Source: Myxococcota bacterium (GTDB taxonomy: Bacteria; Myxococcota_A; UBA796; GCA-2862545). From it: a stretch of DNA of 35,940 nucleotides. Positions 1 to 8,639 of the stretch are shown here, in pieces (the first letter of the stretch is position 1; every line of letters begins with the position of its first letter). The translations under genes were made by a program, and so were the position numbers. Location of the stretch: assembly GCA_039208735.1 (NCBI GenBank), contig JBCCQY010000094.1:1-35940 (forward strand), written 5' to 3'. The notes beneath the pieces are model-generated. The model searched no databases, was not told the origin of the DNA, and was given only the letters and a program-made list of their open reading frames with translations.

Positions 1-205
1 ATGAGTTCTATTACTCATCACTATCTCTCCAGGTGGAATTATTCTGAGACCACATTCCTGTTCCAGCCATGACTATAATGTGAGTGCATGAGATGTGTAG
101 ACGTGAGTGAGCCATACACATGGGTTCAGTCCAAAATATATTGCAGAGGTGAGATATGATTGGTGGGCTAACACACCAAGGTGTTTTGATTGGCTGGACT
201 GACAA
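1..205. other. Compositionally foreign segment (probable chimeric or contaminant sequence)
   Basis: Hand count gives 86/200 G+C (43%) with one CpG, against clearly GC-rich flanking genes. An in-frame TGA at 200-202 replaces the 5' part of nuoL. Confidence 0.75.
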
Positions 206-208
206 ACC

Positions 209-961
209 AGCCGACCCATGAAGCTCACCGCGGTCATGTTCGCCATCGGGGCGGCGGCGCTGGGAGGCTTCCCCTTCCTGTCGGGCTTCATCAGCAAGGA
301 CATTGTGCTCGAGGCGCTCTATGAGTCGGCCCGCAACGATGACCCCCTGCTGTGGTTCCCCTTCCTCGCCTGTCTCGTCACGGTGGGATTGACCGCCTAC
401 TACATGACCTATGTGTTGGCGGCGGCGTTCTTTGGTAAGCAATCGCGCCGAGCCTATCGCGCCAAGGAAGGCGATTGGTCCATGCAGATTCCCATGGTCC
501 TATTGGCGGTGCCTTCGCTCTTTGTGGGCTTTGGGATCACCTTTTTCGCCGGGTCGTTGCAGATTGGCACCCACGGGCCGTTGCACCTGGGGGGCATTGG
601 CTTCCTCGGGTTGGTGGCATCGCTGGTGGGGTTTGCCACCGCACTTGGCGTGCTGTTCTCGCGGGGGGGCGGCCTGGTGTCGGCGCTCACTCCCATCGGC
701 ACGGTCCTCAAGTTGGGACCGGTCAATTGGACCTACGACCAGCTTTACCGCCGTACCCTGCAATTGGCAGGGGGGGTGGGATGGGTCGACCGCTACATGG
801 TCGACGGGGTGGTCAACGCGATCGGAGGGGTGACCCTGCTGCTGGGGCAGTGGTCGCGGCATCTACAGACCGGCCGGGTGGGTGACTACCTCTACGCCGT
901 AGTCGGTGGGCTTGTGCTGCTTGCAGCGTGGAGCCAGGTCATGGCATGGGTGGTGCGCTGA
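209..961 (+). CDS. nuoL: NADH-quinone oxidoreductase subunit L, 3' fragment only
   Basis: GAAALGGFPFLSGFISKDIVLE, LTAYYM and the terminal VDGVVN...LQTGRVGDYL motifs; directly precedes nuoM. The N-terminal part is absent. Confidence 0.9.
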   Translation, partial: SRPMKLTAVMFAIGAAALGGFPFLSGFISKDIVLEALYESARNDDPLLWFPFLACLVTVGLTAYYMTYVLAAAFFGKQSRRAYRAKEGDWSMQIPMVLLAVPSLFVGFGITFFAGSLQIGTHGPLHLGGIGFLGLVASLVGFATALGVLFSRGGGLVSALTPIGTVLKLGPVNWTYDQLYRRTLQLAGGVGWVDRYMVDGVVNAIGGVTLLLGQWSRHLQTGRVGDYLYAVVGGLVLLAAWSQVMAWVVR

Positions 962-2670
962 TGACGGAGACGATCCCCGCGGCAGGCGGATTCCCCATCC
1001 TCTCGTTCATCGTGTTGATGCCGCTTGTGGCGGCCATTGTGCTGCTGTTCATCCCCGATACACAGCGATCGGTAGTGCGCGGCTGGGCGCTGCTTGGCTC
1101 GGCCCTTTCGGCCTTGGCCTCGGGCTTCCTCGCGTGGCGGTACTTCACCGAAGCGACGGACGGCGGACTGATGTTCCTCGAATCCGTCGTCATCGTACAG
1201 AAGATCGGGTTGACCTACACGCTGGCCTGCGACGGGTGGAGTGCCGTACTGATGCTGCTTACGGGCATCATCACGTTCAGCGGCACTTGGGCCTCGTTCA
1301 CCCTAGAAGACCGGCCTCGCGAGTTCTTCGTCTTCCTGCTCGTGCTGGTGGCCGGGGTCTACGGCGTCTTCGTCGCACAAGACCTGCTGTTGTTCTTCCT
1401 CTTCTACGAGATTGCGGTGTTGCCGATGTACCTGCTCATCGGCATTTGGGGCAGCAGCGGAACGATTCCGCCGAGTGGCCCCTTCGGCTGGGCCTACCGC
1501 ATGCTCGATGTGGGCACAAAGCACTACGCGGCCCTTAAGCTCACCTTGATGCTGCTCGTCGGGTCGGCGCTCATCCTTGCGTCCTTCCTTTGGATTGGTG
1601 CGGAGTCGGGGTCGTTCCTAATGACGCGCATCGTCGACGAAGATCTGCCTTGGGAAGGGCAGTTCATCGTGTTCCCGCTGCTCTGGATCGGGTTTGGCAC
1701 CCTGGCTGGACTGTGGCCCTTTCACACCTGGTCGCCCGATGGCCATGCCGCAGCGCCCACCGCAGTCTCGATGTTGCACGCGGGCGTCCTCATGAAACTT
1801 GGGGCCTTTGGCGTCATGCGGGTGGGCATGGTGCTGTTGCCCCTTGGTGCCCGAGACTGGGCGATCGTCGTGGGCTTTGTCGCCTGCGTCAACATCTTCT
1901 ACGGCGCATTGTCAGCGATGGCTCAGCGCGATCTGAAGTACGTCATCGCCTACAGCTCGGTAAGTCACATGGGCATCGTGTTGTTGGGCGCGGCGGCGCT
2001 GAACGAGGCGGGCTGGAACGGGGCGGTGTTCCAGATGTTCGCACATGGCGTGATGACGGGCCTCATGTTCGCGCTGGTGGGCATCCTTTACGAACGGACC
2101 CACGACCGCTGGATTCCCAACCTCGGTGGGTTTGCGCGCATCATGCCCGTCGTGGCCGCAGGGTTTGTGCTGGCGGGTTTGTCGTCTCTCGGCATGCCCG
2201 GAACGGCGGGATTTGCGGCCGAGCTGCTCGTCTTCGTGGGCTCGTGGAGCATCCCCGCGGTGCTCCCGGAAGGCGTCGACCAGGGCTACGCACACCCCTT
2301 CGGTCCGCTGTGGGCGCTGGTGGGCATCCTCGGAGCCTTCCTTACCGCGGTCTACGTGCTGAAGGCAGCCCGCGAGATCTTCTTTGGCGATGGGCCACCC
2401 GAGCGCTTTGCCGCGCTGCAAGACGCCGTGGGCACTGAACGAGTGGCGTTGTGGACCCTCGGGGCATGCATCGTCATCTTCGGGGCTTGGCCACGCCTGC
2501 TGCTCGACCTCGTGAACGAGACGACGCCGCGCTACGTCGCGCCGTTTGCGATCGAGGCGTCAGAGAACGATGACGCCAGCGCACAGACGGTGGTCGAAGA
2601 CCCCGAAGACCTAAAAGACCCCTACGAAACCGAATCGAGCGACCGAACGCCGCGCGGGGAGGACGGGTGA
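961..2670 (+). CDS. nuoM: NADH-quinone oxidoreductase subunit M
   Basis: FYE(TM5), PFHTWSPDGH..APT, VLMKLG, IAYSSVSHMG, GFAAE motifs; TGATG coupling to nuoL; acidic C-terminal tail. Confidence 0.95.
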   Translation: MTETIPAAGGFPILSFIVLMPLVAAIVLLFIPDTQRSVVRGWALLGSALSALASGFLAWRYFTEATDGGLMFLESVVIVQKIGLTYTLACDGWSAVLMLLTGIITFSGTWASFTLEDRPREFFVFLLVLVAGVYGVFVAQDLLLFFLFYEIAVLPMYLLIGIWGSSGTIPPSGPFGWAYRMLDVGTKHYAALKLTLMLLVGSALILASFLWIGAESGSFLMTRIVDEDLPWEGQFIVFPLLWIGFGTLAGLWPFHTWSPDGHAAAPTAVSMLHAGVLMKLGAFGVMRVGMVLLPLGARDWAIVVGFVACVNIFYGALSAMAQRDLKYVIAYSSVSHMGIVLLGAAALNEAGWNGAVFQMFAHGVMTGLMFALVGILYERTHDRWIPNLGGFARIMPVVAAGFVLAGLSSLGMPGTAGFAAELLVFVGSWSIPAVLPEGVDQGYAHPFGPLWALVGILGAFLTAVYVLKAAREIFFGDGPPERFAALQDAVGTERVALWTLGACIVIFGAWPRLLLDLVNETTPRYVAPFAIEASENDDASAQTVVEDPEDLKDPYETESSDRTPRGEDG

Positions 2671-4601
2671 TGGAGTCCCTCATCATCGGGCCGCTGGCCA
2701 CCGACTTCGTCCTGTTCGCGGGCATCCTGTTCATCCTCGTGACCGACCTCATCAGCAGCGAAAAGCACCTGCTGGGCTGGGGGGCACTGCTCACGCTCCT
2801 CGCCGGCCTGCTGACCACGTTCACGCTGGGGGAGTCGTTCGGCGGTCTGGCGCTCGATGGGGCTTACCTTGGGGACCCTGTCGCACTTTGGTTCAAGCGC
2901 ATCTTCCTCATTGCTGGGGTCATCGCGACGCTCGGGTCCATCATGGATCTGTCGGAGCGGTTCGCGGGTCGGCAAGGTGAATATTGGGTGCTCCTGTTGT
3001 CGAGCATCCTCGGTATGAGCCTGCTGGCCGGGGCGCGGGATGTCGTTCTGCTCGTCGTGGCCTTCGAACTGATGAGCATCCCCTTGTATGCGCTGGCGGC
3101 ATGGAATCGGGACGAAGCCCGCGCCGTCGAAGGGTCGCTCAAACTCTACCTGCTCGGCGCGGTCTCATCGGTCACCATGATGTTCGGCGTGGCGATCCTC
3201 GTGGGGCTCTCCAATGCCACGGTTCTCGACGAGATCGCACTGTACGGGATGGCCTCGCCAAGCCCGTTGATGCTCCTTGGGGCCGTGATGGTGCTCGGAG
3301 GCGCCAGCTTCAAGCTCGGCGTGTTCCCTTTCCACATGTGGGTGCCCGACACCTACCAAGGGGGCACCACCCCGTTTGTGGCTTTCCTATCCGTGGCGCC
3401 GAAGGCCGGCGCGATGGCCGCGCTGGTGCGGGTCCTCCTCGCGGCAGACGGTGCGCTGTTGGCGGGCGTGAAGCCCATGCTGCTTACGTTGGCCGCCGCC
3501 ACCATTGTGATGGGCAGTCTGTTTGCCCTCCATCAACAAGAAGCCCGGCGGTTGCTTGCCTATTCGGGGGTGGCGCACGTCGGTCTGATGCTGATGGCGC
3601 TGGCGCCAGGCGATGAACCGTCACTCGCGATGCTCATCGTCTACCTGATCGTCTATGTGTTCACGAACATGGGCGCGTTCCTCGTCGTGCACGCCGTGGC
3701 GGGCAACAAAGGCGACGAGTTGAGGCTTCTCGACGGCTTGCACGCGCGGAGTGGCTGGCTTGCGGGCACCATGCTGCTGTTTTTGCTGTCGCTGGCCGGG
3801 ATTCCGTTCGTGGCCGGCTTCTGGGCCAAGATCTTCGTGTTCTGGGCCGCGTGGCAGGGCTCGCTCGGGTGGCTCGTCGTGCTGGCCGCGCTGATGTCGG
3901 TGGTGTCGCTGTACTACTACCTGCGCGTGGTCGACGCGATCTTCATGAAGCCTCCGCATCCCGAGGCTCCCCCGCTGACCACCGACTTTGGCACCAGTGC
4001 CGCGATCTTCATCTGTGCCGCATTCGTCGTGATTCTGGGCGTGGTGCCGCGGGCCATTGTCGATCCGGCCTTCGCTGCATCGGTGCGGTTCGAAGCCGGG
4101 GTTCCGACGGAGCGACTCGCGTTAGTGGCGGAGCGCTATGCGCGCGATGCGGCCACGATTGCGCCGCCCGACCCTGAGCCTGGCACGGCAGAACCAGCGC
4201 TCGACATTACGCGTCCCCCGGTTCTCATCGCCGAGCCTGAGCCCGAGGAGCCCGAATCCCAATGGGCCGCGTTCGACATTCGCATTCCGTTCGACCGTCG
4301 CGCTAAGGCCGTGCGGCAGCAGTTCAAGGAGCCGATGGCCAAGATCGTTGAGGTCATGTTGGCCAATTCCGAGTTGCGCTTGCGGCTCGAGGCTCGGGCC
4401 GCGCGAAGCCAGGACGTGGAAGAGGACGAGGCCTTGGCGACGAGCTACGCCAATCTGGTCATCGACGACCTCGCAGCCGCGGGCATCGCCCAAGACCGAA
4501 TTCGCATGAAGATCGTGGGGTCTTCCGAAGGTCGCGGCAGGGCAAGCAACGAGGTGTTCCTGTGGCTCGACGACGGCATTCGTCCACGGCCCGAGCGGTG
4601 A
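2670..4601 (+). CDS. nuoN: NADH-quinone oxidoreductase subunit N with Pro/Glu linker and C-terminal OmpA-like domain
   Basis: FELMSIPLY, FKLGVFPFHMWVPDTYQG, VAPKAG, RRLLAYS, SLAGIP..GFWAK, YYYLR motifs, followed by a ~170-aa soluble extension. Confidence 0.93.
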   Translation: MESLIIGPLATDFVLFAGILFILVTDLISSEKHLLGWGALLTLLAGLLTTFTLGESFGGLALDGAYLGDPVALWFKRIFLIAGVIATLGSIMDLSERFAGRQGEYWVLLLSSILGMSLLAGARDVVLLVVAFELMSIPLYALAAWNRDEARAVEGSLKLYLLGAVSSVTMMFGVAILVGLSNATVLDEIALYGMASPSPLMLLGAVMVLGGASFKLGVFPFHMWVPDTYQGGTTPFVAFLSVAPKAGAMAALVRVLLAADGALLAGVKPMLLTLAAATIVMGSLFALHQQEARRLLAYSGVAHVGLMLMALAPGDEPSLAMLIVYLIVYVFTNMGAFLVVHAVAGNKGDELRLLDGLHARSGWLAGTMLLFLLSLAGIPFVAGFWAKIFVFWAAWQGSLGWLVVLAALMSVVSLYYYLRVVDAIFMKPPHPEAPPLTTDFGTSAAIFICAAFVVILGVVPRAIVDPAFAASVRFEAGVPTERLALVAERYARDAATIAPPDPEPGTAEPALDITRPPVLIAEPEPEEPESQWAAFDIRIPFDRRAKAVRQQFKEPMAKIVEVMLANSELRLRLEARAARSQDVEEDEALATSYANLVIDDLAAAGIAQDRIRMKIVGSSEGRGRASNEVFLWLDDGIRPRPER

Positions 4602-4687
4602 CGCAGCTCGGTTGACGCGTCGGTCGTGCGGCTCAAGCGAAGGGGGCGGGGCACCGAAGATCGGGGCGAACGCAGGAGCCCATTGCG

Positions 4688-5086
4688 ATGTCGACGCCTC
4701 CGGATCTTGATTCTCCCGATGCATCGGACCTCGCGGCCACCGAGGCCGGCACGCCCGCCCGACGGTCAGCGATCGGTGCGACCATCATCGCCCCGTTCGA
4801 CGAGATGTCCGATGCGGGCCCCGAGCCGATTCGTGTCGCCCGCATGTCGCCCGTCCCGGCCCCCACCCCGGATGCGGACGCCGAGACCCAGCATCGCATC
4901 GTCGTGCATCAAGATCAGCTGCCTACGCAGGGCCTCCGTCAGGTGCCCGGCAAGGCCAAGCGCAACCTGCTCGCGGAGATCCCACGGTGGGCCTGGATTG
5001 CGGCCGCGGTCGCAATGTTCATGTTGGCTTCGCTTGGATTCACGCTCATTGGAGTGGCAATCGCCTTGTACATCGCCTTTGCGTAG
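4688..5086 (+). CDS. Hypothetical membrane protein (disordered N-terminus, C-terminal TM helix)
   Basis: GGAG RBS upstream; hydrophobic C-terminus; fills the gap after nuoN. Confidence 0.65.
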   Translation: MSTPPDLDSPDASDLAATEAGTPARRSAIGATIIAPFDEMSDAGPEPIRVARMSPVPAPTPDADAETQHRIVVHQDQLPTQGLRQVPGKAKRNLLAEIPRWAWIAAAVAMFMLASLGFTLIGVAIALYIAFA

Positions 5087-5101
5087 GCAACGCGCTGGCG
5101 G

Positions 5102-6040
5102 CTAAACGCCCGGCGCAAAGTCCTTGTCGAACGTCCAGTCTTCGATCGGAACATAGGCGCTGTCGCCCAGCATCGGTCGGTCATTGTCGTCGAGAAGTAG
5201 CATCTGACCAAAGGTGTGGTAGCCCCGGCCTGTCCGGGCGCTGGGGGTCGGCTGACCGCCCACGTACCACACCCGCTCGACCATCAGGCCCGTGGCCTGG
5301 TCGAACCGCGAGACACCTTCGTAGTTCAGTTTGAAAGTGTCGGAGTTGCGGAGCGCGAGAATGCGCCCAGGAACCTGCGCCGCCTTGCCCTGAGATTGAA
5401 CGACCCAGTGGCTATCGACCTCGTCGAGTCGATGCACGACAGAGGAGATCCCTAACGGTGCGGTGGCGGAAGGCATTTCGAGCAGCTCGGTGCGTGGTTC
5501 GAACCATGACGTACCGGTGGACACCCATTCCGGCAGATCCACTTGCAGAGGCGCCACGAGCCGCATTGCGAGTTGGCGCATCAATTCGCGCTGACGCCGC
5601 TGCGCCCGGTCACCCTGGACCACGGGGGGCAGATCCGTCGAGAGGATCGCCCGATCGTCCCGAACCGTGAGCCGCACATGCTCTCCGGTCAGGATGGTGT
5701 CCCATTGGTCGAGCACCCAGACGCCTTCGGGGGTGGCCGAGTCCCCCAGCACGAGGGCCTGAATCGCGATGTCATCGATCGTGCAGGTGACCGCCCACCG
5801 ACGACTCCCCCGAGGAGCATCCTTGTCGCAGTCGAGCACCGCGCGCATGCGCAGGCTCTCGGTCGCGGCGATCTGACCCTCTTGGATGCCCAAAACGGTT
5901 GCGAGCGGGAAGCGGAACTCGGTCTGCACGAGCCAGCGTTGCTCCCATTGCAGGAAGGGATCGCCCCACACGACGATCTCCTGATCGACCTCATCCAAAT
6001 GCGGATGGGCGAACGCAAGCGCGGACAGCGACAACAACAT
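5102..6040 (-). CDS. Hypothetical exported protein
   Basis: AGGAGG RBS; signal-like N-terminus (MLLSLSALAFA); 312-aa ORF. Confidence 0.75.
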   Translation of the reverse strand: MLLSLSALAFAHPHLDEVDQEIVVWGDPFLQWEQRWLVQTEFRFPLATVLGIQEGQIAATESLRMRAVLDCDKDAPRGSRRWAVTCTIDDIAIQALVLGDSATPEGVWVLDQWDTILTGEHVRLTVRDDRAILSTDLPPVVQGDRAQRRQRELMRQLAMRLVAPLQVDLPEWVSTGTSWFEPRTELLEMPSATAPLGISSVVHRLDEVDSHWVVQSQGKAAQVPGRILALRNSDTFKLNYEGVSRFDQATGLMVERVWYVGGQPTPSARTGRGYHTFGQMLLLDDNDRPMLGDSAYVPIEDWTFDKDFAPGV

Positions 6041-6109
6041 GAGGCCTCCTGAGACGACAATCGTCGGTGTACCCTACAAGTGTACAGGAGGCGCCAGGGG
6101 TAAAGCCAC

Positions 6110-7348
6110 CTATTTTGCGGCTACGTCCAAGGCCGCGGGAATTCCGTAGGCTTCGGTACCGTGCTCGTGTACATCGAGCCCGCCGTGTTCTTCCTCAGCA
6201 CCCACCCGCATGCCAATCGGGCGATCGAGGACGAACAACAGTACTCCACCGGTCGCCATGCAAAACACGGCGACGGCGGCCACGCCGGTGAGCTGAGCCA
6301 CCAGGGACACTTCAGGAACGAAGATGCCTACGGCGAGGGTGCCCCACACACCGCACACCAGGTGGACGGGGACCGCGCCTACCGGGTCGTCGATGCCCGC
6401 CCGCACCAGCGCTTCCGAACTGAGGACAAGCAAGCCTCCGGCCAGCGCGCCGACGCCCGTAGCCACGATTGGGGAGAGCACATCCGCGCCTGCCGTGACG
6501 GCAACAAGCCCGGCAAGCGCCCCATTGAGCGCGATCGAGAGGTCCGGCTGGCCCAAGCGTGCCCAGGAAGCAAAGGCCGCTACGAGCACGCCCGCCGCTG
6601 CAGCGAGCGTCGTGGTGACGGAAACGTAGGAAATGGCTGCGGGGTCGGCGGAAAGGACCGAACCACCGTTGAAGCCGTACCATCCGAACCAAAGCAAGAG
6701 CACGCCAATCGCGGCCAGAGGTGCGGAGTGGCCGCGGAAGCCCTTCCCCTCAAAGGCACCGATTCGTGGACCGATCCACCATGCGGCGAGGAGTGCCGCC
6801 CAACCCCCCACGCCATGCACGATGGTCGAGCCGGCGAAGTCGTGGAATCCGGCCTTCAGCAGGAATCCTCCTCCCCAGTGCCAAAAGCCCACGATCGGGT
6901 AGACCACAGCCACGTACAGCGTGCTGAAGATGAGAAAGCTTACCAGGCGTACCCGCTCGGCCACCGCGCCGCTCACGATGGTGGCGGCCGTCGCGGCGAA
7001 CATCGCCTGGAACAGAAAGTCGGTCCAATAGGTGTAGGCGCCGTCGGCGTAGGCCGCGGTCACGCCGCGGGCATCGGTTCCAATCCCAAAGCCGGCGAAG
7101 CCGAAGACACCGCCCGCGAAGGATTCGCCAGGGTACATCAGCGAAAAGCCTACGGCTGCGTAAGTGAGCAGCCCAATGCTTAGGATGCAGATGTTCTTGA
7201 ACAGGATGTTCACCGTGTTTTTCGCGCGCGTACTTCCCGCTTCGAGGGCGGCGAAACCAAGGTGCATCGTGAACACGAGAAAGGTCGCGACGAGCATCCA
7301 GGCATTGTTCAGCCAGAACTGCACGTCCGTCGCGGTGACGGGGTCCAT
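6110..7348 (-). CDS. amt: Ammonium transporter (Amt family)
   Basis: GFAALEAG, FQAMFAAT, SGAVAER, DFAGS, twin His (IVHG, PVHL), GWYGFNGGS, DDPVGA; start reassigned to ATG 7348 with GGAG RBS. Confidence 0.96.
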   Translation of the reverse strand: MDPVTATDVQFWLNNAWMLVATFLVFTMHLGFAALEAGSTRAKNTVNILFKNICILSIGLLTYAAVGFSLMYPGESFAGGVFGFAGFGIGTDARGVTAAYADGAYTYWTDFLFQAMFAATAATIVSGAVAERVRLVSFLIFSTLYVAVVYPIVGFWHWGGGFLLKAGFHDFAGSTIVHGVGGWAALLAAWWIGPRIGAFEGKGFRGHSAPLAAIGVLLLWFGWYGFNGGSVLSADPAAISYVSVTTTLAAAAGVLVAAFASWARLGQPDLSIALNGALAGLVAVTAGADVLSPIVATGVGALAGGLLVLSSEALVRAGIDDPVGAVPVHLVCGVWGTLAVGIFVPEVSLVAQLTGVAAVAVFCMATGGVLLFVLDRPIGMRVGAEEEHGGLDVHEHGTEAYGIPAALDVAAK

Positions 7349-7381
7349 GTCGATTCTCCGAAAGACGTCGCGGTAGGCGTC

Positions 7382-7398
7382 TTCAGCATTCGTGCCAG
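7382..7398 (-). promoter_or_regulatory. Putative sigma54 (-24/-12) promoter of amt
   Basis: Minus strand CTGGCACGAATGCTGAA: perfect TGGCACG -24 box and correctly spaced but non-canonical -12 (CTGAA instead of TTGCA). Confidence 0.6.
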
Positions 7399-7449
7399 AC
7401 GCCGACTTTGAAACAAGCAGGAGAATCGGTAGGGAACGGATCGATTGGT

Positions 7450-7494
7450 CTACATAAATGTAGGTGCCGTCCAAGAATCCTACGTCTGCGTAGG
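7450..7494. promoter_or_regulatory. Two CTAC-N6-GTAG palindromes, candidate enhancer-binding-protein sites
   Basis: CTACATAAATGTAG (7450-7463) and CCTACGTCTGCGTAGG (7479-7494), centres 30 bp apart, upstream of the sigma54-like box. Confidence 0.55.
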
Positions 7495-7495
7495 G

Positions 7496-7996
7496 CTACA
7501 TCGGCGAAAGCTCGCACTCGTAGATGTCCAGGACGCCGCTGATGATGCCGGTACCGGGGTCAATCGAGCCATCGAAGAGGAAGCCTCGATACGAACTCGT
7601 GTCGATGTCGAGGGTCAAGTCGGAGCCGACGCGGGTGCCCGATATCTCTGCGTCATAGCCGTTGTTGTACATGTAGTTTCCGTAGCCGTAGGTGACTTCG
7701 AGGGAGCCTATGCCCGTCACCTGACCCTTGAGCAGCTCGGTCAACTCCATGCGCAAGAACGCACCGTAGGTGTAGTAGCTACCGCCTCCTGAATCGACGC
7801 AGTCGCCTTCCCACGTGCCGTTCAGGCCCAGATCGACGCCGGTGTCGGTGCCCTTGCCCAAGACGCCGGTGTCGGTTGGGTTGGTCGGTGGTGTGGTGGT
7901 GGTGGTGCCCGGGGGGAGCACGGGCGGCACATCCCGCCGCACCGCGGGTTCCGTCTCTGTTGAACAGCCAGCAAGCAAGGCGAATACGGTGAACAT
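7496..7996 (-). CDS. Hypothetical lipoprotein (paralogue A)
   Basis: GGAGG RBS; lipobox LAGC; Pro/Thr linker; LNGTWEGDC...CEL domain. Confidence 0.75.
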   Translation of the reverse strand: MFTVFALLAGCSTETEPAVRRDVPPVLPPGTTTTTPPTNPTDTGVLGKGTDTGVDLGLNGTWEGDCVDSGGGSYYTYGAFLRMELTELLKGQVTGIGSLEVTYGYGNYMYNNGYDAEISGTRVGSDLTLDIDTSSYRGFLFDGSIDPGTGIISGVLDIYECELSPM

Positions 7997-8055
7997 CGTA
8001 GCCCCTCCATTACGGGCGCAGATTACCACCTGAATGTGGGCTCCGCAGGGCGCGC

Positions 8056-8550
8056 TCAATCCGCCTGGAGTTCACAGTTCGGAGCGCCACTTAGTCCGCC
8101 GGTGATCGTACCGGTGAAGGGGTTCAAGGTGCCCGTCAACACGCGATAGAACTTGGGACCGGCAAACGTGAGCAAGATTTGCTCATTGAGGTGCGTGCCG
8201 ACGATCCCCACGCCGTAGCCATCGCCCCCGTAGGTGTAGCTGCCGTTGCTGTACAGGAACTCAAGGCGTCCTTCGCCCGAAACGTTGCCCATGCCATCTT
8301 CATCGACGTTCATGCGCACATTGACGATCGTGGCCACGCCACGGGCGGACGTGTCTTCGCAGGTGCCTTCCCACGTTCCACTGAGGGTCAGCGTGAGTCC
8401 CGTGTCGTCGGTCTTCATGGGAATCGTGCTTGATCCACTGTCCCCATTGCCGAGCTGAGTGGGTGGAGGAACCGGAGGAATTTCTGGAGGGATGAACGGC
8501 TCATCTGGCTCGGCTGAACACCCGAGGAGGAGGGCGAAGGCGGCAAGCAT
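8056..8550 (-). CDS. Hypothetical lipoprotein (paralogue B)
   Basis: GGAGG RBS; lipobox LLGC; Pro-rich linker; LSGTWEGTC...CEL domain. Confidence 0.75.
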   Translation of the reverse strand: MLAAFALLLGCSAEPDEPFIPPEIPPVPPPTQLGNGDSGSSTIPMKTDDTGLTLTLSGTWEGTCEDTSARGVATIVNVRMNVDEDGMGNVSGEGRLEFLYSNGSYTYGGDGYGVGIVGTHLNEQILLTFAGPKFYRVLTGTLNPFTGTITGGLSGAPNCELQAD

Positions 8551-8639
8551 GTGGAATCCTCCCAAAGTGTGAGGCGCACAGAGGGGCAGTATACGGCAGG
8601 GCCGGCTCGGCGCGCTATCGTCTGCCCTCGGAGGGGCGG

